From Opitutales bacterium (GTDB lineage: Bacteria; Verrucomicrobiota; Verrucomicrobiia; Opitutales; PNEW01): a stretch of DNA of 32,000 nucleotides. The DNA lies in NCBI GenBank assembly GCA_965219535.1, contig CBDCNV010000002.1, positions 60,001 to 92,000 of the forward strand. The letters are read 5' to 3'. Shown piece by piece: positions 20,220 to 30,200 of the stretch. The notes under the pieces are model-generated. The model ran no database searches and had not been told where the DNA came from. It saw only the letters and a program-made list of their open reading frames with translations. A program made the position numbers and the translations under genes. The stretch's first letter is position 1, and the number at the start of each line of letters is the position of its first letter.

Positions 20220-21389
20220 TGCTCCCATTTACTAGACCAAGCTCAGTGTTAGGATTTGCTGGTTGGAGGGGGGCGGTTATCAGTTTGCATATGGCTTGCT
20301 GGGCGTATTCGGCCGGAGGCCGCCGGAGGCCGATAGCCCAGCGAACTGCGTAGTCTTTGAGTATTATAATCGAGGCGGTATGGTGTAAGCTTTTCCCGTG
20401 CCTCAGCCAGGGAAAAGAAGATCTCTGGGTTAAGGAGTTCGTCGCGTAGCTTGCCATTGAAGAACTCAATGTAAGCGTTCTCTGGTCGGTCTACCTGAGA
20501 ACTCGGGCCCGCTATCAACGGTGATGGCCTTGGGTAAACCACCGGTGTTTACCGATGCTCTCTCCAGCACCTCGATGACTTTGCCGGCGTCGATGGACTG
20601 ATCGGCGTAGAGCACCGGGCAGAGCGGTCATAGCGATCCACTACTGTAAGCACCCGGAAGCACCGCCCATCCGCCAACTTACCCTCCATGAAGTCCATGC
20701 TCCTGTGTTGGCGTGAGGCTCGGGCTTGAGCCAGCTGCACCCGTGGCAGGGAAGCCCACTTCTTACGCTTTTGGATGCGCACTTCCAGCCCCCTCGGCCT
20801 TGTAGGTGACGTAGACACGCTTGGTGGCCCACCGGCCAGCCTCTCGCTTTAGCAAACACTGTCGGACGCCGATAGCCGTAACGCATGCGCAATGCTGCCA
20901 GATCGCCGATACGCACGGTCAGCGCTCGATCGTCCGGTTTTGGCTTGGGCCAACACATAAAGCTTGACCCGTTAAGTTGCAGCAACCTGAACCCGCAACG
21001 GTAGCTGATCTCGAAGACCTCCGCGGCCTTACCCACCAGCTGCGCCTTGCGTACAGGCTTCAGAGCTATATTGAGACGATCTCCTGCAGGATATGTTTGT
21101 CCAGGCTCAGGTCGACCACCAGCTTACGTAAGCTGTTGTTCTCGTCTTCCGGCTTCTTCAACCGGGGTAGCTCGCTTACGCCTATGCCGCATACTGCTTC
21201 TTCCAGCGGTAGTAGGTCTGCTCCGAGACTCCTGGCTCGCGACACACATCGGCGATCCTGCGACCGCTGTCTGCTTGCCGCAAAGCGTAGATGATTTGTT
21301 CTTCTTTATAGTCTTTATAGCGTTTACCTTTGCTTTTCATAATGGACCGGGTTCCATTCTATGAACCCCGATCCAACCCAATGGGATCA
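20220..21389 (-). mobile_element. IS3-family (IS407-like) insertion sequence with a frameshifted transposase, inserted into an older IS remnant; left boundary approximate
   Basis: OrfA by hand translation from about 21352: MKSKGKRYKDYKEEQIIYALRQADSGRRIADVCREPGVSEQTYYRWKK..EDENNSLRKLVVDLSLDKHILQE. OrfB pieces: 20641..21036 (MRYGYRRP..), 20549..20818, and 20249..20542 (IEFFNGKLRDELLN..SSLGYRPPA). Termini: tgatcccattggg (minus strand at 21389) versus tgctcccattt (20220). Confidence 0.75.
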
Positions 21390-22150
21390 ACCTGCATACC
21401 CGGCGTTTGCTTACCTCATAAGCTTCCATTATCCACTTAGCTATCGACTTTTTGCGCAAAGGATTAATTTGCTGATTCCTAAACCTGTATATTTACACTT
21501 CCAACGGGGGTAAAGGCCTTGTTCGCACAACTCGGACCTTCGGTATCCCTTCGTCCGCCTTCTGCCTGCTTTATGAAATAGATCATTTGCTCTTTATGAT
21601 AACGCATGCCTTTTCTACTCATGGGTGGTTTTTATCCTGTCTTTTATCAGGTTTTCCACCCATGAAAGACTAAATCTTTGCTCGTCCAGTTAAATGGGAT
21701 CAGGTCACAGTCCCTCTATTTTATTAAGCTTACTTAACTGATTCATCCCGAGGGACTATCCACCAGAAACGATCTGCTTTTTCAGTAGTTACCAGGTCGA
21801 GATAGTAATTACGGATCACGGATTCAGAGTTGCTTGCCTGAGGTGCAGCGTCTCCTACCGAGCGGAAGGACCCCACCGTCATCGAAATATAGGTATGCCG
21901 TAGGACATTAGGTAGAGTTTGCGCTATTTACGGACATTAGCCCACATGTCGCGGAATCCCCTTGTTGGTATGGTGAGGTAGCTGCCAGGAGGATACTTCT
22001 CCAACCAGAGGCTACGGGTTGGGCTGGATTTTAACGGATCGCTTATCCTTTACTTTGGAGACATCCGGTTCGATAAGGATAACCCCGGTATCCCTATGGA
22101 TGTGTTTAGGTTTGAGTTTGCTCATTTTACCGTGTTTCCAGTCAAGTCTG
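21389..22150. repeat. Copy 2 of the diverged direct repeat: IS3 OrfA remnant + IS end + truncated integrase 3' fragment (about the last 135 codons, minus strand)
   Basis: See copy 1 (13299-14074). No ORF of 60 aa or more survives here. Similarity to the integrase stops abruptly at 22150. Confidence 0.75.
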
Positions 22151-22484
22151 TAAACAAAGTTTCTCTTAATCTACTTCATAGGGAAATCTGGAGGTGCCAA
22201 TACAGGTACCGTTTCGATTAAACTTGTCTCCACCGGGCGCATAAATTTATTGTTTTGCATCACAAGGGTCTGTTAATCGAGATTATTAAATTCACTCAAA
22301 AATTATTGACCGATTCCTGGCTGAACCTTACCAAAAAAGTATGATTCCTGCCCATTCCTGCCAAACATTTTGAGGCAAGGTCAGGAAATTAGAGGAAAAT
22401 ATAAATTATTATTGTGCCGTTATTTAAGTATAACTAATTGTTAATAAGCAATTTATAAGGCATTATTGAGTCCCGTTCATAGTC

Positions 22485-22793
22485 GGTTACATCGAATCGT
22501 TCCATGCACGTTTTCGCGAGGAGTGTCTAAATCGTGAACAGCTGTGGACTTTGACCGAAGCCCGCGTGGTGATCGAAGATTGGCGCTGGCTTTACAATCA
22601 TGTTCGACCCCACCGCAGCCTCGGCAATATTACTCCACAACGTTTCGCTCAAAACCTCAATACCGAAGGCTCGGGCTCCATTCGGGCTACGCCCTCATTG
22701 CGCCCAAGCCTTGACTTCCTCTACCAACTTAACTTCAACATTAACTTCTCCAGACTAACTCTCTCAGTGGACCAGTTTGTGTAACCCGACCAG
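22485..22793 (+). mobile_element. 3' fragment of an IS3-family element (same lineage as 5040-6360)
   Basis: 22551..22784 reads MTEARVVIEDWRWLYNHVRPHRSLGNITPQRFA...LYQLNFNINFSRLTLSVDQFV, nearly identical to the C-terminus of ORF 5018..5488. Upstream hand translation gives GYIESFHARFREECLNREQLW. Confidence 0.8.
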
Positions 22794-23072
22794 TAGCAAT
22801 ATGTTAGCAATATCAATTTTACTTACCGAGTGGATAAGGAAAGGATCTGGATAAATTGCGGATAAAGATAGGTTGAATCAATATCTACAAATAAACAGTC
22901 GATATTTATATATGGGCAGAATGAATTTTTATGTAACCGTCGCACAGCCGAGAAAAAGGCTGGTGAGTGTGATTAGAACAGAAATTTCACAAGCGGCCTG
23001 ACGCCCGATGCGAATCCAACCTTATCCCAACTCCAACCCCTTATCCGACACCCAGAACAATCGGCTCCACCC

Positions 23073-24134
23073 CTAAAAGAGCAACTCCCGACAATCCCAG
23101 TCGAGAAACTGCCCCATTCTAGCTTCAAATGTCGAAAATCTTTTCCAAACTAAGGCAGGGAAAAGATTGGCAATAACCGAAAGTCTATAGTCATACAAAC
23201 AGTCATTCCAATCGTAACCCGATACGCCGCCCTCCAGAAGTCCGTTATAATAATACCGCAACAACCCTTCCTCCAGAGATCGACGTCGATCAGGTTCCTC
23301 ATCCGAAACAAGGTAACACAAATCATAAGTCCCAAGACCTCGCTTGTATGTCTCCCAATCAGAAAAATACAAAGCATTTCTCGACGAGTCCTTAGGGTAA
23401 AAGATATTATACTTATGCAAATCCCCATGCAAGAGCGTCAACCCACTCCCCCTTCCAATTCGCTCTAGATACAACCTTTCCCATTCTTCGACAGATTTAA
23501 GAACAAGCCCATGCATTTCTTGAGACAATTCATCCGAGAACTTTGATGCGAATCGAAGAAACTCTTCCTCTCTCCACAATCGGCAATGATCCTTCACGAC
23601 ATCCGCAGTCGATGCTTGTATCATCCGCAAAGGCCCCCCTGAAGCTCGCATAAAGTCTTCTCCCAGCAACTCCGGAGCATCCCACCATCCGGCATGAAAC
23701 TTCAATACCTCATCAATAATCTGTTTATACAGATCGATCGTAAAAGCCTCCCCCTTAGGGGGCTCAATATCATGCGTGTCAGATGCATCCTCGAAAAGGA
23801 AATAGCATTGCCGCGAAGATCTATCAAAATCAAAATCATAACGCCTCACCGTTGGAGGACTCGAAATCCGTGCTGCAATGTCATTATAGAAAATCGATTC
23901 ATCCAAACCGCCTCCGAACCAATCCTCCCGATATCGCTTCAAAATTATATTGCAATGCAGACCAACTTCAACATCACCAGAATAAGTAATTTTTAAAGGC
24001 GTTAAAAAGGCCGCCGTTGATTCAAACTCCTCGCCAATCTGCACATCCTCCACGAAACCGTCCGAAAGATATCCATTCTTTCTAAAACGTTCAGTCAACC
24101 AACTTGGGGTAATTTGCTCCGCACGAATCATCAA
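23073..24134 (-). CDS. Phosphotransferase, APH / choline-kinase-like protein kinase fold, 353 aa
   Basis: Brenner-type catalytic motif LLHGDLHKYNIF (HxDxxxxN) followed by YFSDWETY (D-W-E metal-binding region), at the spacing usual for aminoglycoside/ecdysteroid-kinase-like enzymes. Confidence 0.7.
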   Translation of the reverse strand: MMIRAEQITPSWLTERFRKNGYLSDGFVEDVQIGEEFESTAAFLTPLKITYSGDVEVGLHCNIILKRYREDWFGGGLDESIFYNDIAARISSPPTVRRYDFDFDRSSRQCYFLFEDASDTHDIEPPKGEAFTIDLYKQIIDEVLKFHAGWWDAPELLGEDFMRASGGPLRMIQASTADVVKDHCRLWREEEFLRFASKFSDELSQEMHGLVLKSVEEWERLYLERIGRGSGLTLLHGDLHKYNIFYPKDSSRNALYFSDWETYKRGLGTYDLCYLVSDEEPDRRRSLEEGLLRYYYNGLLEGGVSGYDWNDCLYDYRLSVIANLFPALVWKRFSTFEARMGQFLDWDCRELLF

Positions 24135-24393
24135 TCGACTCTCTTTGTTAATTAGCTCTCGCCTTACGGCACTCTGTTATTATCTTCAGTTAGGAAAGAG
24201 CATCAAAATGCCCAAGTCGAGAACAGATATCCAAATAATACCATTTATCAATAAGACTTGCATCAGTCAACTAGAGCTGAAGCACGGGACTACCTTTTAC
24301 CGAACAAAGAGACAAACCTTCTTGAGGCGATCGATTGATGCACCCTGGAAAAAGTGGACACGGAATTCTCTCTTAGAGAGGATCCCTACTTTG

Positions 24394-24765
24394 TCAAAGA
24401 AGAGACGTTTCAGCGTCGAGTTCAAGAAGGAAGCAGTGCGACTAATGCTGCTGGAAGGGCGTTCCGTCTCGTCCTCAACGCTTCGCTCCGGAGGCGTTTC
24501 TGTCTTGGGCGAGTGATATTCTGTCCCGATGCGGCAGCATCCACAGCTGCTACGAAGCTGGCCCCCTGGGGCTACTCCTGCACCGCAGGCTGGTCGAGCT
24601 TGGGATATCCAATCATGGACATGAATATGCCTCGAAAAGTTGGATAACAGTGCGGCTCTTGATATTGATAAATCAAGTAAACAAATAAGAACGTATACAT
24701 CAGAATTTAAGCAGGACGCAGTGAATATGATGCTTTCTAGCAAGGGCTCAATCGCCCGGAAATAG
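24394..24765 (+). pseudogene. Two short IS3-family OrfA (HTH) fragments
   Basis: ..SKKRRFSVEFKKEAVRLMLLEGRSV.. (end of ORF 24145..24516), and by hand translation ..KQIRTYTSEFKQDAVNMMLSSKGSIARK* (about 24670-24765). Confidence 0.5.
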
Positions 24766-25071
24766 CCTCGCTTGCCGGACTCGCTCCAATCACCCTCCAG
24801 TCCGGGCAATGGAAAGGGCGATACTTTTCTCGACAGCGGCCGATCCAGGGTCCACAGAGCTCTCTATCTCGCCGCCCTCAGCGCGTCTCGATACAACGAG
24901 ACTCTCAAAATGTCTTCTACAAATGCTAGAAAGCCCGCCAAGCTGGCACTATGTGCCGTGGCAAGAAAGCTGCTCACCGCACTTGGTCGTGACCACGACC
25001 AGGAGGGCTTGTACTTATCTCAGCCTCAGTGGGTCAACGTACAGCTACCGGCCCAAACAGGCCAGTAATAA
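24766..25071 (+). pseudogene. IS110-family transposase 3' fragment (frameshifted)
   Basis: Hand translation gives ASLAGLAPITLQSGQWKGR. In ORF 24772..25068, ..GRSRVHRALYLAALSASRYNETLK...KPAKLALCAVARKLLTAL matches the conserved C-terminal region of IS110/IS1111-type transposases. Confidence 0.65.
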
Positions 25072-25077
25072 AGCTCA

Positions 25078-26770
25078 GCGGTTGGTTCCGGCGCATTCCC
25101 GATGGGTATTCTGCAAACCCTCACCCTGGTACTGCGCCGTCTTGACCCCGACAACGCGCTTTGGGAGCAAATTCAGAAGAAGCGGGCCAAGGCCCGAGCC
25201 GGTGCGACGTTCGACACTCATGATCAAGCGGCTCGAAGCGAGGCTCTCCGCGAGATCAGCGACACTTTCGAAAAGTACCGACAGTCGGACTTCGGCCGAA
25301 AGCTCTACCTCATACAGAATGCCATCTACGGCGTGGATATCCAACCCATCGCCTGCCAAATTGCCAAGTTGCGCTTTTTCATCTCACTCGTCATTGAGCA
25401 GGACCCTGACCTCGGCGCGCCCAATCTTGGCATCAAACCGTTACCCAATCTGGAGACACGGCTCGTCGCCGCCGACAGCTTGCTCAGCTTCAAGGCCGAA
25501 ACCGGCGACTTACTTCACCATAATGCCGTGGCGTCGAAGCAACGGGAGGTCGCGGCGGTACGTGATCGCTACTTCCTGGCGGACAGCCGGCCGAAGAAGC
25601 TTGAATGTATGCAGGCGGAGAAACGTCTGCGCGACGAGTTGCAGGACATATTGGAGACCGAGCGCCGAATCTGGGTTACAGTCCAGGATCGGGACATAGA
25701 AAGCATGGCGGCGAGATTTCCCAACGCGGATACCCGTGAGACCTTTCGAGCGAAGGAGCTTGGCAAGCTCGCTCTACGACAACGCGAGTACGATGAGACT
25801 TTGGCCGCGGCCCGTTTGATTGCCGAATGGGATCCCTACGACCAGAACGCTCACGCCGGCTGGTTCGACCCCGAATACATGTTCGACGTTTCGGCTGGTT
25901 TCGATGTCGTGATCGGCAACCCGCCTTATATCCAGTTGCAGAAGGACGGAGGTCGCGCGAGAAAGAAATACCAAAACGCCGGCTACGAGACGTTCGCAAG
26001 TACTGGGGACATCTACCAACTCTTCTACGAACGAGGCTGCGGGCTGCTCAAACCACGCGCTGGCGTATTGGCCTACATCACTTCTAACAGTTGGCTGAAG
26101 GCAGAATACGGCAAACCCCTTCGCCAGTGGTTCGCCGAACGGCACATGCCGCTGCAACTGATCGAAATGGGCAAGAACGTCTTCGAGAACGCAATAGTGG
26201 ATACAGCGGTGCTGATTGTCAGAAACGGCACGGGCCACCCTGTGACGTGCCCGGCGGTGGACGTCGATCAGGCATCGGAAAACCGATTCCCGCCGCCCAA
26301 AGGAGACTGGGGGACGCTACAACCGGAGGGTGATCGACCATGGATGGCGCTTTCGTCGGTCGAGCGCTCTGTAATGGAGAAGATGGAAACCGTCGGCACA
26401 CCTCTAAGGGAGTGGGATATTTCCATTTACCGTGGAATTCTCACCGGCTACAACGACGCTTTCATCATCGACACCGCAGTAAGAGACCGCCTTATCGCAG
26501 AGGATCCATCGTCAGAAGAAATACTCAAGCCGATTCTCAGGGGTCGTGATATAGCGCGTTACCGTGCAAACTGGGCTGACCTTTGGCTGATATCAACGTT
26601 TCCCTCGCTCGGTCTAGACATTGACGCTTATCCGGCGATCAAGCGACATCTCTTGTCTTTTGGGAAAGGACGTCTGTCTCAGGAAGGACGTCAATTGCCA
26701 GGAGGAGGTCGATCAAGGAAGAAGACATCCAATGCATGGTACGAACTTCAGGATACTTGCTCTTACCATG
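25078..26770. repeat. Left arm of the perfect 1693-bp inverted repeat
   Basis: It is the reverse complement of 27607-29299 (paired coordinates sum to 54377). I checked the nucleotides at both ends. Mirrored ORFs in several frames have identical translations in the supplied track. Confidence 0.95.
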
Positions 26771-27210
26771 AGGAATTTGGAAAAGCGAAGCTGTTTTGGA
26801 TGCACATGACACCGTATGGGAGGTTCGTATTGGCCGAGCCAAATGTCGTATGCAACCAGAAATGCTTCATGGTAACGGGAATGAACCTCGAATACCTTTG
26901 TGCCGTCCTTAACAGTAAGCTGGTGACTTGGCTTGTGAGACGCACTGCTGTAACGACAGGAATGGGGCTTCCTCAGTGGGACAAGTTCACCGTTGAACGC
27001 GTCCCGGTTGTGCAACCGGACCACCTTGTCATGGACGAGATCGGGGACATCGTGGAGTCTATTCTTGCCGCCCTAGAGCGCGGCGACGTCCAAGAGGTGG
27101 CCAGACTCCAGCGGATGATCGACAGCCACGTTTTTGGGCTTTACGAGCTGACGGAAGTCGAACGAGAGGCGGTTTCAAGAGCTATCAGTGATTCGTTGCC
27201 AATTCAATGA
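25078..27210 (+). pseudogene. 5'-truncated second copy of the DNA methyltransferase gene carrying an alternative C-terminal module (silent cassette candidate)
   Basis: Starts inside SAM-binding motif I (..AVGSGAFPMGIL..). ORF 25102..27210 is identical to residues 539-1094 of the 1234-aa protein, then diverges for its last 146 aa. There is no N-terminal region, and an IS110 remnant abuts its 5' edge. Confidence 0.8.
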
Positions 27211-30200
27211 CTTCCACCTCCTCTGCGGAGATCCCGTAGGTCTCGTAGATTACCTCATTGATCCGCTTCTCGATCTGCGCAAGTTGCTTCTCGTCGGACG
27301 ACGTAACTGATCGAGCCTCGTCGACTAGCCTACACAGTGTATCGGCGGCAGACGGACGTAGTATAGCCACGGGTATCGACTCGACGTACACCTTCTTCCA
27401 CCGAGGCACGCCCATACCTGAGGTAGGCGCTGTTTTCAGAATGTACCAGTGTGCGAGTCGCGAATTGAGGAACGCACAGAGGTAGTTCATTCGCTCGCCA
27501 GTGATCATGAACGTTGTTGCCTCGATGAACATTCCGCTTTCGTCGTACGCAAATCTGCCCCGGTCGACCAGTTCTATCCAGATCACCTTCTCCGACGCAA
27601 ATGTGCCATGGTAAGAGCAAGTATCCTGAAGTTCGTACCATGCATTGGATGTCTTCTTCCTTGATCGACCTCCTCCTGGCAATTGACGTCCTTCCTGAGA
27701 CAGACGTCCTTTCCCAAAAGACAAGAGATGTCGCTTGATCGCCGGATAAGCGTCAATGTCTAGACCGAGCGAGGGAAACGTTGATATCAGCCAAAGGTCA
27801 GCCCAGTTTGCACGGTAACGCGCTATATCACGACCCCTGAGAATCGGCTTGAGTATTTCTTCTGACGATGGATCCTCTGCGATAAGGCGGTCTCTTACTG
27901 CGGTGTCGATGATGAAAGCGTCGTTGTAGCCGGTGAGAATTCCACGGTAAATGGAAATATCCCACTCCCTTAGAGGTGTGCCGACGGTTTCCATCTTCTC
28001 CATTACAGAGCGCTCGACCGACGAAAGCGCCATCCATGGTCGATCACCCTCCGGTTGTAGCGTCCCCCAGTCTCCTTTGGGCGGCGGGAATCGGTTTTCC
28101 GATGCCTGATCGACGTCCACCGCCGGGCACGTCACAGGGTGGCCCGTGCCGTTTCTGACAATCAGCACCGCTGTATCCACTATTGCGTTCTCGAAGACGT
28201 TCTTGCCCATTTCGATCAGTTGCAGCGGCATGTGCCGTTCGGCGAACCACTGGCGAAGGGGTTTGCCGTATTCTGCCTTCAGCCAACTGTTAGAAGTGAT
28301 GTAGGCCAATACGCCAGCGCGTGGTTTGAGCAGCCCGCAGCCTCGTTCGTAGAAGAGTTGGTAGATGTCCCCAGTACTTGCGAACGTCTCGTAGCCGGCG
28401 TTTTGGTATTTCTTTCTCGCGCGACCTCCGTCCTTCTGCAACTGGATATAAGGCGGGTTGCCGATCACGACATCGAAACCAGCCGAAACGTCGAACATGT
28501 ATTCGGGGTCGAACCAGCCGGCGTGAGCGTTCTGGTCGTAGGGATCCCATTCGGCAATCAAACGGGCCGCGGCCAAAGTCTCATCGTACTCGCGTTGTCG
28601 TAGAGCGAGCTTGCCAAGCTCCTTCGCTCGAAAGGTCTCACGGGTATCCGCGTTGGGAAATCTCGCCGCCATGCTTTCTATGTCCCGATCCTGGACTGTA
28701 ACCCAGATTCGGCGCTCGGTCTCCAATATGTCCTGCAACTCGTCGCGCAGACGTTTCTCCGCCTGCATACATTCAAGCTTCTTCGGCCGGCTGTCCGCCA
28801 GGAAGTAGCGATCACGTACCGCCGCGACCTCCCGTTGCTTCGACGCCACGGCATTATGGTGAAGTAAGTCGCCGGTTTCGGCCTTGAAGCTGAGCAAGCT
28901 GTCGGCGGCGACGAGCCGTGTCTCCAGATTGGGTAACGGTTTGATGCCAAGATTGGGCGCGCCGAGGTCAGGGTCCTGCTCAATGACGAGTGAGATGAAA
29001 AAGCGCAACTTGGCAATTTGGCAGGCGATGGGTTGGATATCCACGCCGTAGATGGCATTCTGTATGAGGTAGAGCTTTCGGCCGAAGTCCGACTGTCGGT
29101 ACTTTTCGAAAGTGTCGCTGATCTCGCGGAGAGCCTCGCTTCGAGCCGCTTGATCATGAGTGTCGAACGTCGCACCGGCTCGGGCCTTGGCCCGCTTCTT
29201 CTGAATTTGCTCCCAAAGCGCGTTGTCGGGGTCAAGACGGCGCAGTACCAGGGTGAGGGTTTGCAGAATACCCATCGGGAATGCGCCGGAACCAACCGCC
29301 GGATCAAGCACTCTTAGGCCAGCGATGGCACCTACCAGTGATTCTTTTTCTTCCGGTTCGAAGAAGTCGCCGGCATCGGCCTTCGCGTCTTCCCAGTTGA
29401 GCAGGTAACGCAGCCGTTCCCGCCAGAATTCATCGCCGCGGATGGTGGGTTGGGCATTCCCGGCCAAAGCGTCAACCAAGGCTTCGCCGACCATATAGTC
29501 CACCACCGGCCGCGGCGTGTAATAGGAGCCGGTAGCATTGCGGGCGGTTGCGCGTGTCTCTGGATTGTAGGCAGCGAGTAGGTTCTCGAAGACACGGCCT
29601 AGAAGCTCGGGGTCAAGCGCAACCTCGCGGTCGAGGGGCGTGCTCTCCTCGACAGTGAACTTGAAATGGCGAAAGAGGGTAAACAGTCCCTCCTGATCGA
29701 GAAGCAGACGCGCAGGCACGCACAACTCCTCGTCCTTGATCAGATCCTCAGTGAAGGCGTCAACCAGCCCGCCGTCCGCTACGGTGAAATCGTCCAGGCA
29801 GTCGAACAGTCCGCCATTGACGAACGGAACCTTCTCCAGGTTTCTGGCGAAAGCGTCCGGGTCGGTGAGCAAGTCGTGGTATCGGTACTTGGTGAAGTCC
29901 CGGTGGGAACTGGACGTTTGATTGCTGAAGCCACGCTTGTCGATTTCCGTGTTCAGGGTGGCGAAGAACAGGTTTTGCAGCACTGCGCGGTAATAGTCTG
30001 TCCGGTTAGACGTGTGGCGCTTGAGCGTAGCGCGCGAGAATTCTTCATCGAACAAGGTATCGGGGACCAACCCCTTTTCCTTCATGAACCAGATGAAGAG
30101 CAGCCTTGTGATGAGCCGGATGACGTGGCGTTCGGTACCTTCTTCGCCTGCGCCGTCGTCCGGGAAGCGGCACTCGGCGACAGCCCGCTCAAACCAAGCG

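Noticed and set aside
20152-21389. Direct repeat cccaatg(g)gatca at 20152-20162 and 21377-21389 as a target-site duplication of the IS
   Set aside because: It is too long for the 3-4 bp duplications typical of IS3-family elements. A better terminal inverted-repeat match (tgctcccattt versus tgatcccattg) places the IS end near 20220. It is probably coincidental.
24809-25699. 296-aa plus-strand ORF (and its mirror 28678..29307) crossing the IS110 / repeat junction
   Set aside because: It is Ser/Arg/Pro-rich and out of frame with the methyltransferase coding frame. It runs across an obvious junction of unrelated DNA, and it is duplicated only because of the inverted repeat. It is a GC-rich shadow ORF.
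25102-27210. Treating the 702-aa plus-strand ORF as an independent functional methyltransferase gene
   Set aside because: It begins at an internal Met of the duplicated segment, lacks motif X and the start of motif I, and has an IS remnant where a promoter and N-terminus should be. It is better interpreted as a truncated copy or silent cassette.
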